Below, piece after piece: positions 1 to 10,100 of a stretch of DNA of 64,000 nucleotides. The notes below the pieces were generated by a model. The model did no database searches. It saw only the letters and a program-made list of their open reading frames with translations, and had not been told where the DNA came from. This DNA is from Eledone cirrhosa. Its lineage: Eukaryota. Within the stretch, counting starts at the first letter, position 1, and every line of letters starts with the position of its first letter. Location: contig OZ024740.1 of NCBI GenBank assembly GCA_964016885.1, positions 22,196,001 to 22,260,000 on the forward strand, in the 5' to 3' direction. Made by a program: the position numbers and the translations under genes.

Positions 1-1092
1 AAGTGTAAGCTGTCCCTAAAAGGCCGGGCGGAGGTGGCGAACATTTACATAGCGTCCGTCACTTACTACCGCCTGACTGTCGTGCCTTGCCCTAAGGAAA
101 CACTCACCACCATGGAACGCATGCTCTTCCAATTTCTTTGGAAGAAGCGCCCTCCTATGGTGAGAAGATCCATCTGCTGCCAACAACCTTCGAAAGGAGG
201 GCTGGGGATGCGGTGGTTGATGATGCGTAGGCACGCATTAAGGCTACGGCACCTACAGGTATTCCTCACTGGTCAACCGGTGTGGGCTCCGTTCGTGAAA
301 CGAGCCTTTCCGAGACTCCTCTCGCTCACCGAGCTGCAGTCCTGGGTCAAGCAAAGATCCGGAAAACTGGGAGACTGGCACACTGAGTGTGCTCAGGCGC
401 TCAGGGCTCTCTGGCAAGCGGGCCAGGCCATCGGTGGAGAATCCACCTCATCATTCTATAGAGGGCTGGTGGCTAGCAGGGGCGATGACACCCTTGGAGA
501 GTCGCTGGACATGGAAGAGGACGAACTGGCCAGCCTGTTCGGTAGGACTTTCGGCCCGGGACCAATGGACAACTTCCAGAAGTCACTAGCCTGGCAGTGC
601 TACCGGGGGTCTCTACCCGTTCGAGAGAGGCTCTACAGACACGGGCGCCCGGGAAGGGATCCCTCGAAAAAGATTTTCCCTAGATGCGTGCGTCACGAAG
701 AAACCGTTGCGCACGCATTGGTGCAATGTCCGGGCGTGGCTGATCTGTGGGCCTACGCCGAACGACTGCTGTCGCGGGTAGCGCCGATTCAATTGACCGC
801 CGAGTCCGTGATGACAATCAAACCGCCTCCCCTCTTCACAAAGGAAGCAAAGGCGGTTTTTCTGTGCGTAATAGCCATTTTGAAAGAGGTTGTTTGGTGG
901 ACACGATTGAAAGGTCTGAGGTCAGGCAACTTCCTCTCTGGCCATAGTCTGGTCTACTTCTTCCGATATCACTTCGGAAGAAGGATAAGAATGGAGAGAG
1001 AGGTGCTTGGCCACGGGCAGTTTTATGAAAGGTGGGTGATAGTGGCGAGAATGGCTCGTGTAAATGGGCCTTCTCTGTATACCATCCTGTAG
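1..1092 (+). CDS. ORF2 C-terminal part of copy A (post-RT region plus CCHC-type zinc motif, first Cys replaced by Phe)
   Basis: Open frame from base 1 to TAG 1092; KGGLGM motif and FPRCVRHEETVAHALVQC align with ORF2 of copies B and D. Confidence 0.88.
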   Translation, partial: KCKLSLKGRAEVANIYIASVTYYRLTVVPCPKETLTTMERMLFQFLWKKRPPMVRRSICCQQPSKGGLGMRWLMMRRHALRLRHLQVFLTGQPVWAPFVKRAFPRLLSLTELQSWVKQRSGKLGDWHTECAQALRALWQAGQAIGGESTSSFYRGLVASRGDDTLGESLDMEEDELASLFGRTFGPGPMDNFQKSLAWQCYRGSLPVRERLYRHGRPGRDPSKKIFPRCVRHEETVAHALVQCPGVADLWAYAERLLSRVAPIQLTAESVMTIKPPPLFTKEAKAVFLCVIAILKEVVWWTRLKGLRSGNFLSGHSLVYFFRYHFGRRIRMEREVLGHGQFYERWVIVARMARVNGPSLYTIL

Positions 1093-1306
1093 GTAAAGAA
1101 GTGAAGGAGAGGGGAGCACCTTCTCCATGTGCTCCCCGGGCAAAGGATTGCACACTTTTTCGGGGGTGTGTGCAACCCCCATCACGTCCCCTCTCTTTTG
1201 AGGTTGTTTTCGATTATTTTCATTTTATACCCTTTTTACTCGATTGTATGTAAACTCCCCCTTTGTATTTGTCCCTTCTTTTTATGCCTTTATGGTAAAT
1301 AAAGAA
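1..1306 (+). mobile_element. L1/Tx1-clade non-LTR retrotransposon, copy A (3' part; the rest is outside the window)
   Basis: ORF2 C-terminus homologous to copies B-D; 3' UTR with stem-loops and AATAAA at 1298-1303, directly followed by (ATCT)n. Confidence 0.93.
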
Positions 1307-1363
<57 letters not shown>

Positions 1364-1390
1364 CCTATCTATCTATCTATCTATCTCTCT
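1307..1390 (+). repeat. (ATCT)n microsatellite between copies A and B
   Basis: About 20 ATCT units read directly. Confidence 0.98.
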
Positions 1391-1609
1391 ACGATGGACA
1401 CATGTGCTGAGCTCGCTCGGTAAGTTTTTGTTTAAATTCATACGTAAATTGTAAACTGTAAACTTTCATTTTTGTATCATTTTGTAGAGGGACTGCCAGG
1501 TCAAATTTTGATCTGGTCGGTCTCTCAAAATATTCTGCGCCTTTGGGAGAAATAGTATTGTGAACATTTTATCTTTCGAAAAACTTCGAAAAACCCTATT
1601 TTGAGAAAA

Positions 1610-1786
1610 ATGGCTGAAGCATCTTCACCATCAATCAAAGAAGGAAAGGGGAAGTCATACTCACAGCTTCCCCCTGCCACTGTCACAGCAGCAGATGCCA
1701 AAGGCAGAGGTCAGAGAGAGGAAGAATTGTCTTCACCTGTTGACCGACCACTAGATGTAGCCACAACTACACAAGAATTTGAAAAC

Positions 1787-1817
<31 letters not shown>

Positions 1818-3429
1818 GCAACGATAAAGACAACACAAACGTCACAAGTATCCACACACGAAACGAGAAAAACAACAACAACAACAAAGATGAAAACAAC
1901 TCAAACGACGAGAAACAAAACAATACTAATATCCAAAACGAAAACAAAATATCTTTTGCACAAACGGCTAAATTATCAGTCGCTTATGTGCTGGAAGATA
2001 TTTCAAAAGCAAAAGAAATGCTGGAAAAAGCCAAGAAATATGTGTCTTTTGGCGAAAACGGATCGTTTTCTATACATTCACCTCCGGAGCTAAAAAGACA
2101 GACGGAATTACGAACTGTCGTATTCCGAACAATTTTAAATAAAACAAAGAAACCAGCGCAACCATCTCAAGCGGAAACTCAGTTAGTCTTGAAAGACGCG
2201 ATGAGAGACATCACTTTCATACAAAAGGATAAACTCTATGGGAGTTTATCCATATTGATGAAAGACGAATTGGCGGCAAAAAAATACTCTGTGTCGCCAA
2301 TTCGGTCCACACACTACACCTTCTTCCCCACCTACATGGGTAAAAAAACCCAGAGGATATGGATAACCACCATCACCCCAAACATAAACTACTGGTGGTT
2401 ACTAACCGGTTTCCTCAATTTAGACGAGGACAACCTCATCTCAATAGGGAAGGCATCCGGCGACGCGTTCAGTGGAACGAGCCTCGAAGTTCTGACCCAA
2501 ATAAGGCCAGAACGCATCGCCCAAATCCCTGAGCGCGTCATGCTGGATGACCGTACCCACCTCAACATTATTGTGGAGGGTAGGCGTCCCTCCTGTTACC
2601 TCTGTGGCAATAGAGGTCACCTGAGGGCTGCCTGTCCCCAGCTCACACAGAAAAAAACACTGCTACCAACACCAACACCACCCCAACTACAACAACAAAA
2701 ACAACCACAACAACAACAAAAACCAACAACCCCACCACCACCACCACAACAACAACAACAACAAACACGTGAAAAAATAACACAGAATACTGTCCCACCC
2801 AAAACAAATACAAAAACACGCACACCGCAAACACTACCAGAAAACATACCCCTCCCACCCAACAAGGAAGACGAACCTCTTTCGTCGCAAGACGAAAAAG
2901 ATCCCTTCCAACAAGTAAAAAGAAAGAAGAGGAGACGCACCACAGACACACATGTTAACTTTAATCCCCCCAAGAGAACACAAACTACACACAAACCACC
3001 CCTCCCTGTCACACAACACTAACTGCTACACAAAAAAAGACATTACAATACACATACATGAACACAGACAACAAAGAATTACGGAAAACAATTTCAGCAA
3101 ACCCTTCGGTCCAAACTGAAGGGCCAAACTTTATAACTGCTGTGGGACTACCTCATTTGAAAATGATAAAAGTCCCAATGCACTTGTACAAAACACTGAA
3201 AATAAATTTCACGGAGGACGTGGGCCCCCCCTGCGTCAAACCAATCAACCGCGTCCTCCTAAAAAATTTCACCCCCCCACCCCACCCAGACACCCACTCA
3301 ACGACAAACACCCCAACCCCACAACACACCGATGCCCCTTCACTTCCACAAACCACAACCCCACCCAACAACCCATCCCCAACCAGCATGGAAATTGAGC
3401 GGCCCGTTTCCCGGGACGCAGAGAGGTAA
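1610..3429 (+). pseudogene. ORF1 of copy B (Asn-rich N-terminus, CCHC zinc knuckle, Pro/Gln/Thr-rich tail); one frameshift near 3000-3020
   Basis: MAEASSP start shared with copy D; CYLCGNRGHLRAAC knuckle; frame 1601..3022 continues in frame 3058..3429, whose product matches the C-terminus of copy D ORF1. Confidence 0.85.
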
Positions 3430-3453
3430 GTGCCTTTTCTCTTTACCACCAAC

Positions 3454-6400
3454 ATGGCTGTGCTAAGAGTAGGGTGTCTAAATGCGCGTGGCCTGGGCTC
3501 GTCTTGGAAGCAAGCAATGCTTCTAAATGACCTCAGGTCACAATCTATAAATGTGATGGTTATCTGCGAGGCCCGGATCAGCAGCATCCGACAGCTAGCC
3601 CCCACCTTTGACGACTTTGAGATGCACGCATTTCTCTGTCAGCCCGGAGGTGGGGGTGGGGTTGTCGTTCTGCTGCAAAAACATATGGGCCTTGCAACAC
3701 AGATAGTTCACTTGGACCCAGGGGGTCGACTGGTGGTGCTGGACCTTGGCAGTGGTGAAGGTGGAGCCCTTAGGCTGATAGCCGCATATGCCCCTTTTGG
3801 GACAGAGCGGCCCGACTTTTTCCAGCGTCTGGAGTCTTTTCTAGGGACGTCCCGTTCCCTGCTTTTAGTGGGGGATTGGAATGGTATCCTGGATGCACGT
3901 TGGGACTATGCAGGGGCATGTCCCGATAGAGAGGGGTGCAACAGCCTCAAGGGGTTACTCGGCCGATTTGACCTGGCCGATAGATTTCGACTAGATTTTC
4001 CGACGGTGCCAACCTGGTCTTGGTCAAATCGCAGCGGATCATCTAGATCGTACCTAGATAGATTTTTAGTTAGAAATAAGGACAGGGACTTTTTAAGTTG
4101 TCCAGAAATGCTCATGGTTGGCTATTCAGACCACAAGTTGGTGACCTGCATGGTCAACCTTGATAGAACGCATAGACAGGGCCCCGGTTACTGGAAGCTC
4201 AACTTGTCCTTGCCGGCAAGTAGAGCCTACAGGAATCGGATTAGTACGTTAGTTAAGGAACGGTTGACTGGAGCGATCGTCAACAGCAGGTGGTGGGTAT
4301 CTCTAAAGAGAGAGATTAGAGTAGTCTCGATTGAATTTAGTAAGGTTCTAGCTGCGGATAGGAATAGGAAGGAAAGGGAGCTAATAGATAGAGTAGAAGA
4401 GGCAATTAGAAGCGGCGACGTGGCCAGAGTGCTAGCATCGAGAACGGCTTTGAGCCAGTTTTTCGACGCGAAGCACGAAGGCTGCGTTGTCCGAAGTAAA
4501 ATACGTGCTCTAGGGAACGAGGGGGCCAAAGCTGTTAGCTGGGCCCGCGTGACAGAGGCCAACAGTGGAACTAAATCCACCATCCGGTCTTTGCGAGACC
4601 TGGATGGACGGGCGATTCTTGAGCCTAAGCAGATGTGTGAGGCCTTTCAAAGGCACTTTGCCCGACTGTTCGGGAGGGGCGGGGAGCCGGTTGGAAACGT
4701 GGACTTCGGTCCATACCTCGACGGCCTGCCGCGCCTCTCGGACAGGGAGGCGAAGTCTTGCGAGGAGCCGATTTCGGCCGCTGAGATAGAAGACGTGCTG
4801 GGCCAATGCGGCAAACGCAAATCCCCGGGTCTCGATGGTCTTCCTTACGAATTATATCTAGCTATGCCGGACTTGTTCCCCGATCTCCTCGAGGCGGTCT
4901 ACTGCAACTGGCGACAGAACGGGAGAATTCCCTGTACTGTGACCAAGGGCGTAGTCACGCTAGTGAGGAAGGACGAGAACAAGGGGGACGAAATAAGTAA
5001 CTTCAGGCCCATAACTCTGCTAAATACAGAGTTACAGATTTTGGCCAAGGTGCTAGCAAAGAGGTTGGCGCTTGTCGTGGGCAACCTGGTGGGAGATGCG
5101 CGGACATGCGCTATCCCGTCCAGGTCCATCCATGACAACCTCCACCTCATGCGATACATCATAGAGAGGGTTGGGAACGAACCCGGCTTTGGTGGGGCTC
5201 TGATCAACTTGGATCAATCTAAGGCGTTCGATAGGGTCGACCATGGTTACCTGGATGCGGTGCTAGCGGCGGAAGGCTTCGGACCCGTTTTCAGGGGCTG
5301 GATCACTGCTATGCACAGCAGCCGCATCTGCTCTAGGGTCAAGGTGAACGGCTACCTCTCGGAGCCGTTCAAAATCGCGCGGTCCATCCGACAAGGGTGC
5401 CCTCTCTCCTCCCTTCTGTATGTGTTGACTCTCGAGCCACTACTGCGGAAGTTGGAGTTGTTGCAGGGCATCCCTATGGAACCGGGATTGCGGAAAGCGG
5501 TGTCAGCCTACGCCGATGATGTGACAGTAATGGTGTCGACGGCCTCCGAAATCGAGGTGGTCGGCACCTTACTGGAGGAGTACGAAAAGTTCACAGGGGC
5601 TAAGCTGAACCGGGACAAGTCGATCGGTTTGCAACTCGGCACGTGGAGGGGCAGACCGATGCCCTCCGATGGCGTCGTCGGACGCTGGACGGAGGGCCCG
5701 GTGAAGTTGCTCGGGGTCTGGTTCGGACCGGACCTCCAGGTGGAGAAAAACTGGGCGGAGGTTACGAACAGGGTGTTTGCACTGACCCAGAAGTGGGCCA
5801 GTTGCAAACTATCCCTGAAAGGTCGGGCGGAGGTGGCGAACACTTATATAGCGTCCGTCATCTACTACCGCCTGACCGTAGTGCCCTGCCCAAGGGAAAC
5901 CCTCACCAAGATGGAGCGCGCGCTCTTCCAATTCCTTTGGAAGGGGCGGGCTCCTATGGTGAGGAGATCCATCTGCTGTCAACACCCTTCGAAAGGAGGG
6001 CTGGGGATGCCGTGGCTAATGATGCGTAAACACGCATTAAGGCTACGGCACCTCTACGTATTCCTCACCGGACAACCGGTGTGGGCCTCGTTTGTGAGAC
6101 GAACCTTTCCCAGACTCGTCTCACTCACCGAGCTGCAATCCTGGGTCAAGCAAAGACCGAGAAAACTGGGCGCCTGGCACACTGAGTGTGCCCAGGCGCT
6201 CACCGCCCTCTGGCAGGCGGATCCGGTTATCAGTGGAGACTCCACCGCAACATTCTATAAAGGGCTGGTACGCAGCAGGTGCGACGACGCCCTCGGAGAA
6301 GCCCAAGACATGGAGGAGGACGAACTGGCCGGCCTGTTCGGTAGGACATTCAGCCCGGGACCTATGGACAACTTCCAGAAGTCCCTGGCCTGGCAGTGCT

Positions 6401-6891
6401 ACCGAGGGGCTTTACCCGTTCGAGAAAGGCTCTACAGACACGGGCGCCCGGGTAGGGACCCCGCCAAAAAGATCTGTCCCAGATGCGTGTGCGACGAGGA
6501 AACCGTTGCACACGCATTGGTACACTGCTCGGGCGTAGCCGATCTGTGGGGCTATGTCGAACAACTGCTGTCAAGGGTGGGACCGATCCGGTTGACCACC
6601 GAGTCTATTGTAATGATCAAGCCGCCTCCCCCCTTCAAAGATGAAGCAGAGGCGGTGTTTCTGTGCGTAATAGCCATGGCGAAAGAGGTTGTATGGTGGA
6701 CGCGTCTGAAAGGACTGAGGTCAGGCACCTTTCTCTCTGGCCAACAACTGGTCCGTTTCTTCCGATATCATTTCGGAAGAAGGATCAGGATGGAGAGAGA
6801 GGTGCTGCACCCCAGTCGTTTTTATGAAAGGTGGGTGAAAGTGGCGAGAATGGCCCGTGTGAATGGGCCTTCTCTTTACATAAGCCTGTAG
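3454..6891 (+). CDS. ORF2 of copy B: AP endonuclease, reverse transcriptase and C-terminal CCHC (1145 aa, intact)
   Basis: APE motifs LNARGL, ICEAR, LVGDWN, YLDRFL, SDHKLV; RT motifs FRPITLLN, LDQSKAFDRV, RQGCPLS, YADD; CPRCx8Hx4C. Confidence 0.96.
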   Translation: MAVLRVGCLNARGLGSSWKQAMLLNDLRSQSINVMVICEARISSIRQLAPTFDDFEMHAFLCQPGGGGGVVVLLQKHMGLATQIVHLDPGGRLVVLDLGSGEGGALRLIAAYAPFGTERPDFFQRLESFLGTSRSLLLVGDWNGILDARWDYAGACPDREGCNSLKGLLGRFDLADRFRLDFPTVPTWSWSNRSGSSRSYLDRFLVRNKDRDFLSCPEMLMVGYSDHKLVTCMVNLDRTHRQGPGYWKLNLSLPASRAYRNRISTLVKERLTGAIVNSRWWVSLKREIRVVSIEFSKVLAADRNRKERELIDRVEEAIRSGDVARVLASRTALSQFFDAKHEGCVVRSKIRALGNEGAKAVSWARVTEANSGTKSTIRSLRDLDGRAILEPKQMCEAFQRHFARLFGRGGEPVGNVDFGPYLDGLPRLSDREAKSCEEPISAAEIEDVLGQCGKRKSPGLDGLPYELYLAMPDLFPDLLEAVYCNWRQNGRIPCTVTKGVVTLVRKDENKGDEISNFRPITLLNTELQILAKVLAKRLALVVGNLVGDARTCAIPSRSIHDNLHLMRYIIERVGNEPGFGGALINLDQSKAFDRVDHGYLDAVLAAEGFGPVFRGWITAMHSSRICSRVKVNGYLSEPFKIARSIRQGCPLSSLLYVLTLEPLLRKLELLQGIPMEPGLRKAVSAYADDVTVMVSTASEIEVVGTLLEEYEKFTGAKLNRDKSIGLQLGTWRGRPMPSDGVVGRWTEGPVKLLGVWFGPDLQVEKNWAEVTNRVFALTQKWASCKLSLKGRAEVANTYIASVIYYRLTVVPCPRETLTKMERALFQFLWKGRAPMVRRSICCQHPSKGGLGMPWLMMRKHALRLRHLYVFLTGQPVWASFVRRTFPRLVSLTELQSWVKQRPRKLGAWHTECAQALTALWQADPVISGDSTATFYKGLVRSRCDDALGEAQDMEEDELAGLFGRTFSPGPMDNFQKSLAWQCYRGALPVRERLYRHGRPGRDPAKKICPRCVCDEETVAHALVHCSGVADLWGYVEQLLSRVGPIRLTTESIVMIKPPPPFKDEAEAVFLCVIAMAKEVVWWTRLKGLRSGTFLSGQQLVRFFRYHFGRRIRMEREVLHPSRFYERWVKVARMARVNGPSLYISL

Positions 6892-7154
6892 GTGGAAAAG
6901 AGGAAGGAACGAGGGAGCACCCCCTCTCTGTGCTCCTGAGGAAAAGGGTTGCACACTTTTTTCGGGGGTGTGTGCGACCCCCCAAGGCGCCTCCTCTCTA
7001 TTGAGGATTTTGTTAAAAATTTTATTTTTTGTTATATCTTATTTTATTTTTATATTTTGTTATTGCCTCCTCCTTATTGAGGACGCCTTTTTGTGTAAAC
7101 TCCCCCCTTTGTACTTGTCCCACTTTTGATGCCCTAGTGGCAAATAAAAGAAAC

Positions 7155-7156
<2 letters not shown>

Positions 7157-7199
<43 letters not shown>
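7157..7199 (+). repeat. (ATCT)n microsatellite between copies B and C
   Basis: About 10-11 ATCT units. Confidence 0.98.
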
Positions 7200-10100
7200 A
7201 GACGTGTGTAACTTCGCGGAGAAGTTTCCGTTAATTTATGTAAGAAAAAAACGTGAGTTTTTAGTTAATTTTTATATCATTGTGTAACTTGAACCTTCAG
7301 GTGGTGGGTCAACTCATTTTCGCCCCTACAGGGGCGGAATATCCATTTGAAAATTTTTTCTCCATCGAATCTTGGAAAAAATATTGTAAAATTTTGATTA
7401 CGTTATGAACGCTGCGTCCAACGATAATGGTGGTGGAGAGGCAGTAAAACTACAAAGCTCGCAGTCAACAACGTCTTCTTCACTAGATACTATAGAGATG
7501 GAAAGACGAAATGAAAATGTAAAAACGAATTCATATTCAAACAACACAAATGACACCAAACAATTCAATGACAACAAAAATAACAGCAACACCAATAATG
7601 ATGATAAAAGCAACAATGATAACAACAACAAAGAAAAAAATAAAGACAACACCAATAACACCAGCATCAAAGACAACAACAACACCAAGGAAAATACGGA
7701 TAATACCAACATCGGTGACAACAAGAATAACAACAACAATAACAACAATAATGACAACATCACCAATACGGATTCCACAAAGAAACCAAAAATCTCCTTT
7801 GCAGAGAAAGTTTTAAAAAAAGGAAGAATTGATATATCTCGACATAACAAATGCTGAACAACTTTTAAAGGACGCTAGGAGATATGTCAGTTTCGAAAAA
7901 AATGGTGCTTTCAGCATCAATTCTCCTGTAGAAATTCGCAAGGAAACTGCTCTCAAAACGATAGTTTTTAGGACAGTTTCCAATTTTACCCGAAAACCAG
8001 TCCAATTGTCACAGAAAGAAATTGAACTGGTTTTCAAAAATTCAATGAATGATATTGCATTCATTCAAAGAAGAAAACTTTTTGGGAGTATTTCGGTACT
8101 CATGAAGGATCAATTGACGACCCAAAATTACTCTGTGTCGCCAATTGTATCCAACCTGTACACCTTTTTCCTTACATACATGGGAAAAAGGACACAAAAG
8201 ATCAGAATCACGAGTGTCACACCAAAGGTGAACATATGGTGGATACTGTGCGGCTTCATCAATTTTGATGAAGACAGAATACTGTCAGTAGGCAAGTCCC
8301 CCAGAGATGTATTCAATGGGACTAGCATTGAAGTTCTGGTGCAAATGAGCCCAGAGCGAATAGCTATGATCCCACAGCGTGTACTCATGGACGGACTCAC
8401 CTACATAAACTTTTCGGTTGAGGGTAGGCGGCCTTCATGTTACCATTGCTTTAGCAGGGGTCACCTGAGGGCTTCCTGTCCTAAATTAATGAACCAAAAA
8501 AAGGCTCTTCTGCCGACACCCATCAAAACAACACAACAACCAACACCACCACCACAACAACAACACCAACACACAAAAATAACCACAACAAACACAGTCC
8601 CACCCAACCCCACTCCACCTAAAACCACTGCAAAATCACATACAGACACAACAGCTCCCCAAGACATACCCCTCCCCAATCACACAGACGATACAACAGA
8701 TGAGGCTATCTCGCCATCACCCAGTGAAGACGAGGGAGAACCCCATCGCTCGAAAAGAAAGAAAAGACATAACAAAAGCAAAAAACCAGCAAACACTACC
8801 ACAAACATACAACCACCAACACAAACAACAAAAACATCACAAACCAAACTCCCACCTCCTGAAAACAAAATACCTACAACAAAACGAAAGCCCACACAAG
8901 AACTACAGACAAAAACAAACACAACACAAGAAAATTACACTTACACTTACATAAACACTGAAAACAAAACACTAATGGAGACCATCACGAACGACCCTTC
9001 GGTGAAAACCGAAGGGAAAACTTTCACCCACTCTATTAAAAATAACAAAAAACTGAACCTAAAACTGATTAGGGGGGGTGGGGTTGCTGTTTTGCTGCGG
9101 AAACACCTGGGCCTCGTAACACAGACGGTACATCTGGACCCGGAGGGTCGACTGGTGGTCCTATACGTTGACGGTAGTGAAGGTGGAGCCTTCAGGCTGG
9201 TGGCCGCATATGCCCCATCCGGGACACCGCGGCCAGATTTCTTCAAACGTCTAGAGACTTTTCTGGGAACGTCCCGCTCCTTGCTTTTAGTGGGGGACTG
9301 GAATGGAATCCTAGATGCACGTTGGGACTATGTGGGAGCATGTCCCGATAAAGGGGGGCGTAACAGCCTCAAACAGTTAATCGACCGATTTGACCTGGCC
9401 GATAGATATCGACTAGATTTTCCGACTGCGCCACTGTGGACGTGGAGTAATCGTAGCGGAACATCTAGATCGTACCTAGATAGGGTTCTAGTTAGAAATA
9501 AGGATAGGGACATGTTAAGCTGTCCACAAATGTTCATGGTTGCCTATTCAGATCACAAACTAGTGACCTGCATGGCCAACCTTGATAGAACCCATAGACA
9601 AGGACCCGGCTACTGGAAGCTGAACTTGTCGTTACCGACAAGCAAAGACTACAGTAGACGGATTAGCACTTTAGTTAAACAGCACTTGACAGGGGCCATT
9701 GTCAACAACAGATGGTGGTACTCTCTCAAGAGGGCAGTTAGATTAGACTCGATAGTTTTTAGTAAAGAATTAGCGTTAGATAGAAATAGAACCGAGAAGG
9801 AACTGGTAGATAAAGTAGAAGAGGGAATTAGAAGTGGCAACGTAGCCAGCGTGCTAGCAACGAGAACAGCCTTGGACCAGTTCTTCGACGCAAAGCACGA
9901 GGGCTGCGTTGTCAGAAGCAAAATACGTGCTCTGGGAAACGAGAGAGCAAAAGCTGTTAGCTGGGCCCGAGTGACGGAGGCAAAAAGTGGCAACAAGTCC
10001 ACGATTCGGTCTTTGAAGGACCAAAACGGACGCGTGATACGTGAGCCGAAGCAGATGTGTGCGGCTTTTCAGCGGCACTTTGCTCGGCTGTTGGGGGGGG

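Larger units (their letters stand above)
1391..7156 (+). mobile_element. Apparently full-length L1/Tx1-clade retrotransposon, copy B
   Basis: 5' end GATGGACACA (shared with copy D), 5' UTR, ORF1, ORF2, 3' UTR with AATAAA at 7143-7148; ATCT arrays on both sides. Confidence 0.95.

Noticed and set aside
3000-3060. Programmed ribosomal frameshift in ORF1
   Set aside because: Copy B needs a -1 shift and copy D a +1 shift at a different position, and copy C is open through this region; these are independent indels or errors
3906-6574. Recurrent antisense ORFs inside ORF2 copies
   Set aside because: Shadows of a GC-rich coding strand, repeated only because the element is repeated
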